From Eledone cirrhosa (Eukaryota), in contig OZ024751.1 in assembly GCA_964016885.1 (NCBI GenBank), positions 49,352,001-49,416,000 of the forward strand: a stretch of DNA of 64,000 nucleotides. The letters are read 5' to 3'. Below, piece after piece: positions 1 to 15,684 of the stretch. The notes beneath the pieces are model-generated. The model had not been told where the DNA came from, did not search any database, and saw only the letters and a program-made list of their open reading frames with translations. Numbering within the stretch: position 1 is the stretch's first letter; every line of letters starts with the position of its first letter. Made by a program: the position numbers and the translations under genes.

Positions 1-35
1 CGCGTTTCATTCTCGTTAGAAATCATCAGGACTAC
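1..35 (-). ncRNA. Hammerhead ribozyme, inverted copy cut by the window edge
   Basis: The reverse complement reads gtagtc-CTGATGA-tttctaacgagaat-GAAA-cgcg, identical to the + strand copies. Confidence 0.75.
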
Positions 36-335
36 ATATCCAGTGCTTTTATCGAGAATGACACAGCTAGAGACTTATAGAATACTTAGCTGTGTACAGG
101 AACTGGTTTGAAAGAGCGGTTGCCGGTCCGGCGGAAATTAGAAATTGGAATAAACATACAGAATATTTTCGAATATTCTATGTCTATATTCACATATATA
201 TCGCTATTTCAGAGCATTTATTCCAATTTCTAATTTCCGCCGGACCGGCAACCGCTCTTTCAAACCAGTTCCTGTACACAGCTAAGTATTCTATAAGTTT
301 CTAGCTGTGTCATTCTCGATAAAAGCACTGGATAT

Positions 336-378
336 GTAGTCCTGATGATTTCTAACGAGAATGAAACGCGTAGATTAC
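336..378 (+). ncRNA. Minimal type I hammerhead ribozyme (unit 1)
   Basis: Stem I gtagtc/gattac; CTGATGA 342-348; stem II ttct-aacg-agaa; GAAA 363-366; palindromic cgcg; GUA cleavage triplet. Flanked by the pairing attctcgataaaagca/tgcttttatcgagaat. Confidence 0.88.
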
Positions 379-645
379 TTCCCTTGCTTTTATCGAGAAT
401 CTAATTGTAATACGTGACGTATTCTATTCTATAGCGATTAGGTCTTCAAAATGTTTATTATAAACATACAGAATATTTTCGAATATTCTATGTCTATATT
501 CACATATATATCGCTATTTCAGAGCATTTATTCCAATTTCTAATTTCCGCCGGACCGGCAACCGCTCTTTCAAACCAGTTCCTGTACACAGCTAAGTATT
601 CTATAAGTCTCTAGCTGTGTCATTCTCGATAAAAGCACTGGATAT

Positions 646-688
646 GTAGTCCTGATGATTTCTAACGAGAATGAAACGCGTAGATTAC
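646..688 (+). ncRNA. Minimal type I hammerhead ribozyme (unit 2)
   Basis: Identical to 336-378; CTGATGA at 652-658. Confidence 0.88.
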
Positions 689-955
689 TTCCCTTGCTTT
701 TATCGAGAATCTAATTGTAATACGTGACGTATTCTATTCTATAGCGATTAGGTCTTCAAAATGTTTATTATAAACATACAGAATATTTTCGAATATTCTA
801 TGTCTATATTCACATATATATCGCTACTTCAGAGCATTTATTCCAATTTCTAATTTCCGCCGGACCGGCAACCGCTCTTTCAAACCAGTTCCTGTACACA
901 GCTAAGTATTCTATAAGTCTCTAGCTGTGTCATTCTCGATAAAAGCACTGGATAT

Positions 956-998
956 GTAGTCCTGATGATTTCTAACGAGAATGAAACGCGTAGATTAC
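956..998 (+). ncRNA. Minimal type I hammerhead ribozyme (unit 3)
   Basis: Identical to 336-378; CTGATGA at 962-968. Confidence 0.88.
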
Positions 999-1181
999 TT
1001 CCCTTGCTTTTATCGAGAATCTAATTGTAATACGTGACGTATTCTATTCTATAGCGATTAGGTCTTCAAAATGTTTATTATAAACATACAGAATATTTTC
1101 GAATATTCTATGTCTATATTCACATATATATCGCTATTTCAGAGCATTTATTCCAATATATATATATATATATATATATAT

Positions 1182-2272
<1,091 letters not shown>

Positions 2273-2433
2273 TGCCAATATACCCTATGTGTAATTAAAA
2301 AGACCATTAGTTTGAAAGTAGTGACAGATGTTGACAGTCTGTTTCACGCTGGTTGGCGTTCATCTGAACCACGAACTACCCTACTTCCACCAAAAATTAT
2401 AGAAGCTGGTTTCTTATAGAATTCCGTAGAGAG

Positions 2434-2490
<57 letters not shown>

Positions 2491-2501
2491 GAGAGAGAGA
2501 T

Positions 2502-2610
<109 letters not shown>

Positions 2611-3065
2611 GAGAAGTCAGCGAATATATTTTACCGACCACCGGCTATAGCTCTCTCGCTGAATGAGAGGAAAACGGTGCAGTTGATTGGCTGCACGTTG
2701 CATTACATATCGTACACAATTAGATGGAGAGTTGTATGGCAATGTTCAGCTATTGGTTACACTAATCAATCTACTGGTCGGAATTTCGTTTCATTGTAAA
2801 TTTACACCGTGAACAGTTATTGAATATGTTATCTGTAGAGGATTGCGTAATGTCGGCAAACGTTACGCAATCAGGGCAAATTACAACTCATCAGCAGGGT
2901 ACCCATACAATGAGATATCGTTCTCTGGGATGTATAGGATAGTATATACATATAAGTGTGAGTGCGTTGTTTATTATATTTGTCTACTTTGAGGTTTCGT
3001 TCGCCCTCTCGCGTATGATTGCATGTCTGTCTATATTTGCAAAGAAGTAACACATGTGAGTGTAC

Positions 3066-3137
<72 letters not shown>

Positions 3138-3138
3138 A

Positions 3139-3270
<132 letters not shown>

Positions 3271-3277
3271 CATATAC

Positions 3278-3481
<204 letters not shown>

Positions 3482-3584
3482 AATATATATATATTTATAT
3501 ATATATATATATATATATGATTTTTGCGTTTCGTTTCGCCTTTCCTACCTGCCGAAATGCGATTCTCGCTGAATCTATATTTGT

Positions 3585-3631
<47 letters not shown>

Positions 3632-4238
3632 ATATGTAGATACAAAAGAACTCACACATATACATTTTGAATCAGTGGGTGTGTGAGTGTGTGCATGTGT
3701 GCATGTACTTGCAATTGTAATAGTGAAAGTAAAGCGTACTGATTACATACAGTGAGTGAAAGTTCACTTTCCGAAGCAGTATAACGTATATGAGGCAAAG
3801 ATCTGGCAGACAAAAGGATAAATAAGATGTATTAGATAGATCTAACTGAAAGAAAAAAAAGAACTAAATGGCAAATGATAGAATGATAGAAAGTGAGTAT
3901 GATATAGAATGATAGATTGACAGGATTGTAGATTTTTCGTTTCAGTGTCGTTTAATAAAAGAGATAAGGTTTTGATGATTGCAAGTCTAGATTAAATAGG
4001 TGTAACAGTCTACACGGTCATATTACATTTTTTAATTAAATTCCAACACATCAGGGGCAGTTTCCTTACGGCATAGATAATTAGATATATCGATGGGTAG
4101 ATAGAAAGACAGATAGCTAAATGAATATATAGCATTGTGTATGTCTCACTCTCTATTTGCGCATCTATAAATCTCACCATCTCTCTCTCTGTCTTTCTCT
4201 CTTTCTCTCTCTGTCTCTCGCTCTCTCTCTCTTTCTCA

Positions 4239-4302
<64 letters not shown>

Positions 4303-4413
4303 GAAGAGAGAAACAAAGAAAGCCAGACGTGTATACAGATCGATAGATAAGTGTATATGTATGTATGTGCCTGTGAAGGTACATAGATGGCCAGTAGATA
4401 TTTGATAGATAGG

Positions 4414-4463
<50 letters not shown>

Positions 4464-4467
4464 AATA

Positions 4468-4570
<103 letters not shown>

Positions 4571-5310
4571 TATATACATACAGACAGACACACACATAAA
4601 CATACCTGATAATACAAGTCCAACAAGCCAGTCCACATAGACATACACGTATACCGATATGAATAGAAAATCTATGTTATTAAATCTCCGACGATAGAGG
4701 AGACCCAGTCGACGGAGTGTGTCGTCGTTTGGAAATAAAGTCTAAAATAGAAACAGCCGCTGCACCGAAGCAAACATCAGAGATATTCTACTATTTTACT
4801 AGCGCTGTAGAAGAGTATGTTAAAGCTGATCATTTATTATTAGATATGTTATATAGGTAAGAGTAAATACGCCATCTTGTAATCCGTTGCTTCAGAGTTG
4901 ACCACATCAACAAAACAAGACTCTATATATATGTATATAGATGAATTACTATACTTTCATACATACGTACATATATATACTGACATACATACCAACAAAC
5001 ATACATAGGAATATAACTACATAAACACCTACCAATATATATACGTACATAGACATATAATCATCCCCCCCACCACCACCTCTCTCTCTCACTCTTTTTC
5101 TCTCTCTCTATATATATATATATTTACATATATATATATACATATACATATATATATACATATACACATATATATATATATATATACATACATATATACA
5201 TATATATACTCTATATATATACATATATATACATATATATATATACATATACATATATATATACATATACATATATATATATATATATATATACATACAT
5301 ATATACATAC

Positions 5311-5395
<85 letters not shown>

Positions 5396-5436
5396 CACAT
5401 ATATATATATATATATATACACACGCACATATATAT

Positions 5437-5479
<43 letters not shown>

Positions 5480-5564
5480 ATATATACGTACTCAAGAATG
5501 TAATAATGAGATGTACTTTATATAGTCGGTGTTCGATATCTGTCTGTGCGTCGCTATGCCTTTG

Positions 5565-5599
<35 letters not shown>

Positions 5600-5604
5600 C
5601 ATAT

Positions 5605-5701
<97 letters not shown>

Positions 5702-5915
5702 TGTGTTAGTGACAAACGTTTACAGCATTGTCTAAAGGATATTGGTATCATGATTAACATAAATATTCCTTCTATTTTCGGAAGTTCTACACACCTAGCA
5801 GTCATATCAATATACATGCATTTTTTAATATACACCATACATATATATACACACATACACGAATGCATGCTAATACACACAAGAGCGACACACCGACAGG
5901 TATAGCCCTGCACAC

Positions 5916-6030
<115 letters not shown>

Positions 6031-6219
6031 ACACACATGTATATATATATATATATATACATACAATATACCCACATACACACGCATACATATATATATA
6101 TACACATATATATATAAACACACATATACATATATATACACATGCACATACACACGCACACACATATATATATAAACACACACATACATATATATACACA
6201 TGCACATACACACGCACAC

Positions 6220-6292
<73 letters not shown>

Positions 6293-7494
6293 CACATACA
6301 CACAGACATATTTATATATACATATATGTGTGTGTGAGTGTGTGTAAATGTTGGTGTGTTTATGTATGTATTTGTGTATACTCTGTATTCATATTCACAG
6401 TGTTATACAATAGTGTAACATTTTTCCCAATTTTCCTTTATCTCTATCTGATCATTTCGTGTCGAGTCAACCGAGGTGAAAATATATAACTGATAATCTT
6501 TCACATACTGATATGATATGACTGACACTAGTCAAAATGTCACCAACCTCTTTCTACAATATAGTTGAAGTTAAAAAAAGAAATATCTTGGATTTATTGA
6601 TATTAAGTAAAGTATTACCTTAGCTTATTGTATTTAGATTTCAACACCGATTAAATGGATTTCTTGTCTTCAAGTTACTGTAAGGTTAATGCCAGAGTTA
6701 TTCGACGAAGTTTGTCTGCTCTGTACATTGTATTTGTAAGACACTGCCGTATATATATCATACATCTGGAATGGATCTCCAAAGTTTCGACATTAAATAT
6801 TACAATTTTGCGATTATTGGTTCAGCCTGTTCTATTTAATTAACGTGTAAAAGACTAATTATTCCACAGACACGTGTAGCATTAATCAGATCGTCAGGAA
6901 TATTCAGCATAACACAACATAATTTTATCGGGATCACACGAACACCGTGGTTCAAAGTAAAAACAACATAAGTTTGTCTACATATATCTCGACCAGTCAC
7001 GTTACAGGATTTAAAGCGCGGGTGTTAAGGGTTAGTATTTTGGACACGAAGGCTCCATTCCTAGATAGAGCAGCACGTTGAGTACTGATTAAAACACTCC
7101 GTTCCAGCACAGGGAATAACTGGTTGTGAACGCTGTGCTGCACTAAAGCCCTGTCGACTGCAAGGGTTTGTATTCTCTGTCGTTTAACGTAGAAGGAAAT
7201 CTGGATAGCTTACGGCGCGACAGGCTTGGGTCAGCTGTTAAACCAATTCATGTTTATAAACAAACAGCAGAAACAGCTCGTTCTGAAGACGATTCTATGG
7301 AGTCTTAGAAACGCTGATGAGATTGATTTAGGAATGTTATCTTCCTAAACAAAGTGCAAAGAACATTAGATATGAACAAGTAAATAGAAGCGTGAAAATA
7401 AAACAAATACGCACAAACACACATACATTACATACACATACATAGATAGATAGAAAGATACTTATATATATATACATACATAGATAGATAGATA

Positions 7495-7567
<73 letters not shown>

Positions 7568-7594
7568 GTATATATTTATATATATATTTATATA

Positions 7595-7631
<37 letters not shown>

Positions 7632-7658
7632 GTATATATTTATATATATATTTATATA

Positions 7659-7709
<51 letters not shown>

Positions 7710-7769
7710 GTATAGTATATATGATAATATACTGTATTTTTATTTTAAAATATTTCAAAGTCCATTCCC

Positions 7770-7890
7770 TATGAATTTTGCCGAGACTAAATACGTGACG
7801 TAGTTACGACTTTAAAATTCATAGCGCATAGTCTTCAAAAGGTTTTTAAATAAACATATATTATATTATCCAATATATACAACGCTATGA
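7770..7890 (+). mobile_element. Diverged fragment related to the 310-bp repeat unit
   Basis: aatacgtgacgta...tagcg...gtcttcaaaa...taaacata matches 409-468 of the array. Confidence 0.5.
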
Positions 7891-7908
7891 CAGACCACCT
7901 ATACTTAT

Positions 7909-7950
<42 letters not shown>

Positions 7951-8038
7951 TATACGTGTATATATATATAATATATATATATATATATTTATATATATGT
8001 ATATCTAACTCTCTTTCTCTCTCACTCTCTCTCTCTCT

Positions 8039-8074
<36 letters not shown>

Positions 8075-8075
8075 G

Positions 8076-8108
<33 letters not shown>

Positions 8109-8464
8109 ACGTCCGTATCAATGCACTGAAATTCTAACCCACATCTTCTTCAAACTCACCCCACCATATTCACTTCCAACCACAAACCCCCAAAACCAAC
8201 ACCACCAAATCTATTATATTTTGTAATCCTGTAGATATACGATATTATTCATAATGTGTCATATTTTTTCCCTCTAACACACTCATCATCTTGTCTATCT
8301 TTGAGTATATTAAGTTATCTCCTCCTTACATCTCGTTCACAAAAATTATCGTTAGACAAATATTTCCTTAGATATTCTATTGTGATATAATGTTCACTAG
8401 ATTCAAAACATTGTCTTAATTTTCTTTTGTATTTCCTTATATATATACAGTATATGTATACAGG

Positions 8465-8513
<49 letters not shown>

Positions 8514-8520
8514 CATATAC

Positions 8521-8564
<44 letters not shown>

Positions 8565-8582
8565 GTATATATGTATATGTAT

Positions 8583-8655
<73 letters not shown>

Positions 8656-9217
8656 GAGGGTGTATTGCTTGTTTTCTTTCAGCTTCTGTTTCATATTTCA
8701 TTGTTTTATCGATTCTCCTCTGATCTCATCATCGAAATCAACCTCACTTCCCCCGTCACATTTTCTCTTCTTTAAACAATTACAGATCACGTCAGCCATT
8801 GAGGGTTTCGTTGTATTGTGTGCGTGTGTGTAGCTGTGCGGGCGTGTCAGTGTGTGCATATGTGCGTGTGTGTGTATGCGTGCGCGTGTGTGTGTATTGT
8901 TTTTTTTACTTTTAGTATATTGTATTATATGTGGGAGTGAATTTTGAACATCCCGTACTCAATCGTATATAGGTATATATCTTTTTTGAGTGTTGTGTAA
9001 ATGAAGAGTTATAAACGCGTCCACAAACTCATAGCGTTTGTGAACTTCCCATCTGTATATATATAAATATGTGTGTGTGTTGTATGCTTATTTATATATA
9101 TATATATATATAAACATACAACACACACACACAGTCTCACACATCAAGCGTTAACATAATATATCCCGTCTATATACTGTACCGATTGTGTTATTTCTGT
9201 TTACCTTTTACACACAC

Positions 9218-9349
<132 letters not shown>

Positions 9350-9755
9350 TATCATTTAAACGTTCATTTGCCCCATCTCAATCATTGTGCTATGATTGAA
9401 GCATATTAAAGCACTCGACGTCGGTAATATTTATCTAACAATGATACCGAATCACAGATAACACAACTAAACATTTATATGTAAGAGTTAGGACAGTTCT
9501 ATGTCCTTATATAATAATATGTATTGGGTGTTATGTGTAAAGCCAGAGCATTGCAGGTAGGCGAGTGAGTAATTAGAATAGGCTGGCCTTATTCGTATAG
9601 TTACATAGATCCACTTATATATATAGTTTTCTTAATTTCTTCAAACATAAATAAACGAACACACATATATGTTTACATACACACACACACATATGTATAT
9701 ATGTATATGTATGTATGTATATATATATATATTTATATATATATATATATATATC

Positions 9756-10032
9756 TTAAGGTTTGTTGGTTCACCACTGGATAGAATTGGTCATTCCGTA
9801 TGGTCAATCCTGGTGTAATAGGGCGGCTGGGTGTGAAGCTAGTTGGTCAGCCGCCCTTTCTGTCTCTGGTTTCCCGGACCCATGGCTTTTTACATTTTTA
9901 CATATTCCTTTGTTATATTCCAATACCTGATGATATCACCGGATTCATATGGAACCCTGTCATTGAAATGTTCATAGTATAATAAGCCTTTACAAGGATT
10001 TACACCAGTCCAGCCTCCTGTCATTTCATTTA

Positions 10033-10115
<83 letters not shown>

Positions 10116-10150
10116 GAAATGACAGTAGGCTGGACTGGTGTAAATCCTTG
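9756..10150 (+). mobile_element. (TA)n-embedded HHR-bearing PLE pLTR fragment with an inverted piece
   Basis: Homologous to 1875-2228. 10113-10150 is the reverse complement of about 9992-10030 across a TA tract. Confidence 0.7.
9923..9980 (+). ncRNA. Type I hammerhead ribozyme (same family as 1974-2032)
   Basis: atac-CTGATGA(9927-9933)...GAAA(9965-9968)-tgttca-TA-gtat. Confidence 0.7.
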
Positions 10151-10181
<31 letters not shown>

Positions 10182-10182
<1 letters not shown>

Positions 10183-10578
10183 AATGAAAGGATTACAAAG
10201 GAGAATACATACTGTTAGAACGTGTTTATACAAAAGCACCCATGTACGTTTCGCCCGAAAAGGGCTTCTCAAGGGCATACAAATCTAGAAATGGTTAGTA
10301 TAGAACCCAGAAAGGGTTTTAAAGAAGATAGTCAGATCGAAGTTCATTCTTGATTCAAATAGACATGGTCGTTATTGTATACACAATAACGACCATGTCT
10401 TCTCCTTTGTAAACCTTTCATTTGTAACCGCTCTGCTTGTATATCTCGCCCACTAAATATTAACGCCTCCGATATTTAACCTTGTAGGCACAAGTATTGA
10501 GCGCAAAACCATCAGCTTTTGGCAACTAACTATGTGTATCACTTATCCATTTAAACCTCTACTCTCTCACGATACTAA

Positions 10579-10583
<5 letters not shown>
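10182..10583. mobile_element. (TA)n-flanked PLE-like fragment with internal inversion
   Basis: 10183-10210 is inverted relative to 10395-10423. A hairpin agacatggtcgttattgt/acaataacgaccatgtct lies at 10361-10400. It carries a minus-strand HHR-like motif. Confidence 0.55.
10238..10287 (-). ncRNA. Degenerate hammerhead with U3-A8 core
   Basis: Minus strand reads gccc-TTGAGAA-gccc ttttc gggc-GAAA-cgtaca-t-gggt. The cleavage triplet appears mutated. Confidence 0.55.
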
Positions 10584-10661
<78 letters not shown>

Positions 10662-10668
<7 letters not shown>

Positions 10669-10795
10669 ATAGTTTGGGAGGATCATTTTGCCAATAAGAA
10701 ACACACGCACCATTTACTTTCACTTCAATTGAAGTGAAATCGTCTAGTGCCTGTGTTTCTTATTAGCAATATGACCCTCCAAAGTATAACAATAT
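10662..10795. repeat. Long imperfect inverted repeat (hairpin) between (TA)n tracts
   Basis: attgttatagtttgggaggatcattttgccaataagaaacac pairs with gtgtttcttattagcaatatgaccctccaaagtataacaat. Central palindrome ttcacttcaattgaagtgaa. Confidence 0.7.
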
Positions 10796-10847
10796 CGGTT
10801 TCAACACTCGTTTTCAGATAAAGAATCTTGCTAAACAAATTCAGAAA

Positions 10848-10895
<48 letters not shown>

Positions 10896-11516
10896 TGTGA
10901 GAGAGAGGGAATAAGAGGGACTGATGTATAAACAGATAATTAGATAGATAGATTGCTACATAGATACATAGATAGAACAATATCAACAACATTAACATAA
11001 TATAAGTTTCATAATGATTAAGGAACACATAGAGGAAATAATAATCTGCCAATAGTCTACCGTTTCTCCAAAATCCCTGACCTCACCGTAGCTATAACTT
11101 TCTCATATAATATCCTTACTGTCTATCTCCCTCACTCTGTCGTGATATTACTACCCTATACCCAAGCTAATCTGTTTAGTTAAATCACATATGTATTTTG
11201 GGCCTTGTCGGATATTGTGTATACTTATATATATATATATAATATATACATACATATATATGTGTGTGTGAGTGTGTGTGTGTTTGTGTGTTTGTGTGTT
11301 TGTGTGTGTTTGTGTTTGTGTGTGTGTGTGTGTGTAACTGTGTGTGTGAGTGTGTGTGTGTGAGTCTGTGTGTGCGTCTCTCTGTATGTGTGTGTGTTTG
11401 TGTTTGTGTGTATGTGTGTGTGTAACATTCAAAGAGTGAGACGTTTAAACACTTACGATTGTTTCATCCTAGCACAAGGCTGATAACATCAGAATATGTA
11501 AAAAAGGTTGAAACAC

Positions 11517-11586
<70 letters not shown>

Positions 11587-11948
11587 CTGTGTGCGTGTAT
11601 GTGTGTGTGTGTTTGTCTGTGTATTAGAGTAATATGGGTCGCTATCAATGAGCGAAATCCGTTCTATAATTCCTGGAACATATATGGTGTAGCTAAATAA
11701 AAAGGATGCAGATTGATACGTACATTAACAATTACGAGAATCAAAGAAAAATAAAAAATGTACAAAAGCAACTGTTCAAATACCTATACTCACGGATTCA
11801 TACGAAGAAGGAGTTAGAAATCATAGAAACTCCAACTCTTCACCATCCATTCCCACTATATACTTGATTTTGACCCACATATCATAATACAATATAATAA
11901 TATAATACAGGGTGATGGAATATATGAGTTCATCTGTATATACATATG

Positions 11949-12032
<84 letters not shown>

Positions 12033-12041
12033 TACATATAC

Positions 12042-12129
<88 letters not shown>

Positions 12130-12304
12130 GCGTGTATATATATAGACATATAGATAGATATAGATATATAATTATATTTTATACAAAATGTTTTTACGAT
12201 ATATGATCCGTGTTATTTTATCGATTTTGTTCCAGATTTGATTTTATTTCCTTTGAACTCTGGTGATTTCTAAATTGAATTGCTTTACGTTTATATATAC
12301 ATAT

Positions 12305-12369
<65 letters not shown>

Positions 12370-12404
12370 CACATACATATTGATATATATGTGTATATAT
12401 ATGT

Positions 12405-12515
<111 letters not shown>

Positions 12516-12523
12516 TGTGTGTA

Positions 12524-12572
<49 letters not shown>

Positions 12573-12971
12573 CAAATATATACAAATATATATTAATATA
12601 TATTAATAATAATAATACTTCTTTCGAAAATTGCTACAAGGCCAGAAATTCTTTCTGCATTCAAGTTTCTTCATCATCCTTGTTGATTAAATGTACTGTC
12701 GGAATCTCAATACAGTTTGTTAGAGGGTCTGACGTTATTTGTTCCGGTACTTGGTGTTTGGATTTCGAATACCGGCCGTGATCTATTTGGTTGCTTGATT
12801 TATCGATCTATTTAGTACTACAATCTGGCAATTTGTTACAAGTATTCGTGACAGCTGTCTGTTTTAAGGTTCCCTTCCGCTCTACCCCTTTTTCAATCTG
12901 TTTCGGTGGCCTCGAAAAATATCATTAGCGCTGCTCTCTTTTGTGTATATTTGATAATTATTTTCTACCAT

Positions 12972-13295
12972 GATTGGCAGTATCGGTAGAGGGTCTGACA
13001 CCATGCTTTTCAGCTTAGAGTTACGGCCCTTTACGTTCAGAGTTCAAATCCCGCCGAGATTAACTTTACCTTTCATCCTTACGGAGTCAATACTATAAAG
13101 TACCAGTAATACACTGGCATGATTGCTGGCCTTGTGCCAAAAGTAGAAACAATCATTCCTTTACGTTCTGAGTTCAAATCCCGCTGAAGTTAATTTTGCT
13201 TTTCATCCTTACGGGGTCGATACGAAAAATATAGAACCAGTAATGCACTGAGATATTTGCTGGCTTTGCGCCAAAAGTAGAAACAATTATTATAA
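12972..13295 (+). mobile_element. tRNA-derived SINE family A, tandem pair
   Basis: A-box-like tggcagtatcggtag, B-box gagttcaaatccc, conserved cctttcatccttacggggtcga block, tail tgctggccttgtgccaaaagtagaaacaatta. Multiple copies in the window. Confidence 0.8.
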
Positions 13296-14048
13296 TTATA
13301 GATATAGTTAGAGTTTTGCTTTAGTTTGTATATGTATGCATGGATTGAATGCAGCTAATAATTATTCTGGTTTCTTGGAGATTAATAGACTGAAAATACA
13401 ATATTTTCCCTTAGTCTAGTAGAGAGAGCCTTGCAAGGCTACTCGCCGAATATTGCAGGTAAGCATTTTCTGCTGAATTTATAACAGCAATGTGAAATGA
13501 TGTGCTGAAAAAAACAGTAAGGCCATTTGCTTAGGAAATTGAATCCATGATATTATGATCATGAAATCAACATTTTAACCACTGTGCCACGCTTTTGATA
13601 CTACCAAATAGAGATATAGGTAAATATATTGTAATATATATTGTCAATATTTACAGAAATCTTTTATGTCATGATGCCAAAAACACTGTGAAATTGGTAT
13701 AATGGCACGGCACAGCAAGATAATATTTCACAAAATGATTCTCTTCTATTCCATCCTCCCATAAATTACACTTTCCTTGGTTCAAGAAATTCCAGTGGAA
13801 ATTGTTTCACAGCATTAAGCATTTATTGAAATAAAAATTCAATGACTTAAATGAACAATCACAAACTCTGCAAGAGTATACAGAAAATTTGATTAACAGT
13901 TCTTTTCAATTTCTTTTCTCCAACACTTTTAATGTATTCACACTGTGTGTGGTCTTGTAACATGATTAGTGGGTATTTTTATTCTCCCTGTCTAAGTATG
14001 TACGTAATATACATATGCATGTATATATATGCATACATACATACACAA

Positions 14049-14144
<96 letters not shown>

Positions 14145-14145
14145 G

Positions 14146-14227
<82 letters not shown>

Positions 14228-14237
14228 AACCAGTAAG

Positions 14238-14331
14238 ACCCCGACAGCTGAGCTCAAGCCGTTTCGACGGCTAATTCTGGACTAAATGAAAATTTATCCT
14301 GGTATTTAAATAGCCGATCTTCTCAAGGGGT
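14238..14331 (-). ncRNA. Type I hammerhead ribozyme, U3-A8 variant (inverted copy)
   Basis: Reverse complement of 15591-15684. Confidence 0.8.
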
Positions 14332-15590
14332 AATTCCATATATGGTCAAAGTGATTGTCAAAAATCAGTAGTAATTCTGTGGTTGCAAATTAGTAGGGGA
14401 GATGGTGGCTAAACCTGCCAGTAGGAGAAAGAGGGGAGGGGGTGGAGTAGACCCAATCAAGCGTTGGTAGTGCCAGCTACAGCTGGGCATGAGGTCAAAG
14501 AAGATACAGGGGAGGGGGAGGGGGAGGAAGTCGGAACGGTAGGTAGAACAATGGGGGGTAGAAATATATAGGAAAGAAAAAATACTGAGAGTGAAGAAAA
14601 GCAAATAAGTGTAAAGAAAAAAGTAAAGTAAATTAAATTCTACGACCTAGGTCTCAGGCTATTGTTAGGCTAGAATAAAATAAAGAAAGAAAGAAAGAAG
14701 TAAAGAAAGAAAGAAATAAAGAAATAACGAAATAACGACCGCTCCCACTATTCTCTGTGCCCTCTATATTTCTTAGTGGCACTTATGCCTTATTTTTTCG
14801 TTTCAGTATTTCTTGCTTCGCTTTTCTTCTGGGCGGGGTGGATTCGGAATTTATTTCTCCGTATTCTACCTTTATTTCGTACGAACTTTCATGTAGCTTG
14901 TTTTAGATCTTTTAGAGTTAGCATTAGTATATATTTTTCTCGGGACTCAGAATTATTATCTCGTACAAGTTCACTTTGCTGCACTGGGTCGTTGCTGGCC
15001 CGGGATGGAAACCTTTATTGTTTATTTCGTGGTAGTCTCTTTTGTATTTTGGCCTCTTTTGTTGACCCGTCACCGTATCATTTACGTACTTATAACTCTT
15101 AAAAGGGTCCTTGCCTATTTCGTCCCACCTAGTTCTTTTACTTATTTCGTTATTTCGTTATTTCTTTATTTATTTATTTCTTTACTTCTTTCTTTCTTTA
15201 TTTATTTTATTCTAGCCTAACAATAGCCTGAGACCTAGGTCGTAGAATTTAATTTACTTTACTTTTTTTCTTTACACTTATTTGCTTTTCTTCACTCTCA
15301 GTATTTTTTCTTTCCTATATATTTCTACCCCCCATATCTTTCCTATATATTTCTACCCCCCATTGTTCTACCTACCGTTCCGACTTCCTCCCCCCCTCCC
15401 CCTCCCCCTCCCCTGTATCTTCTTTGACCTCATGCCCAGCTGTAGCTGGCACTACCAACGCTTGATTGGGTCTACTCCACCCCCTCCCCTCTTTCTCCTA
15501 CTGGCAGGTTTAGCCACCATCTCCCCTACTAATTTGCAACCACAGAATTACTACTGATTTTTGACAATCACTTTGACCATATATGGAATT

Positions 15591-15684
15591 ACCCCTTGAG
15601 AAGATCGGCTAATTAAATACCAGGATAAATTTTCATTTAGTCCAGAATTAGCCGTCGAAACGGCTTGAGCTCAGCTGTCGGGGT
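15591..15684 (+). ncRNA. Type I hammerhead ribozyme, U3-A8 core variant with long stem II
   Basis: Stem I acccc/ggggt; core TTGAGAA 15596-15602; stem II ga-tcggctaatt...aattagccg-tc; GAAA 15657-15660; stem III cggct/agctg around the palindromic tgagctca; GUC triplet 15677-15679. Confidence 0.82.

Larger units (their letters stand above)
1..1157 (+). mobile_element. Non-coding PLE pLTR / retrozyme-like array: about 3.2 tandem 310-bp units preceded by an inverted partial copy; 3' end abuts (TA)n
   Basis: The unit start taaacatacagaatattttc recurs at 151, 461, 771 and 1081 (period 310). Bases 1-154 are the reverse complement of about 217-370. Each full unit carries a hammerhead. Confidence 0.88.

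Noticed and set aside
151-1157. CRISPR-like or rDNA-like tandem array
   Set aside because: The units are identical over their whole length with no unique spacers, there is no rRNA similarity, and the context is eukaryotic.
7305-7350. CTGATGA at about 7314
   Set aside because: No stem II, GAAA or stem I; probably chance.
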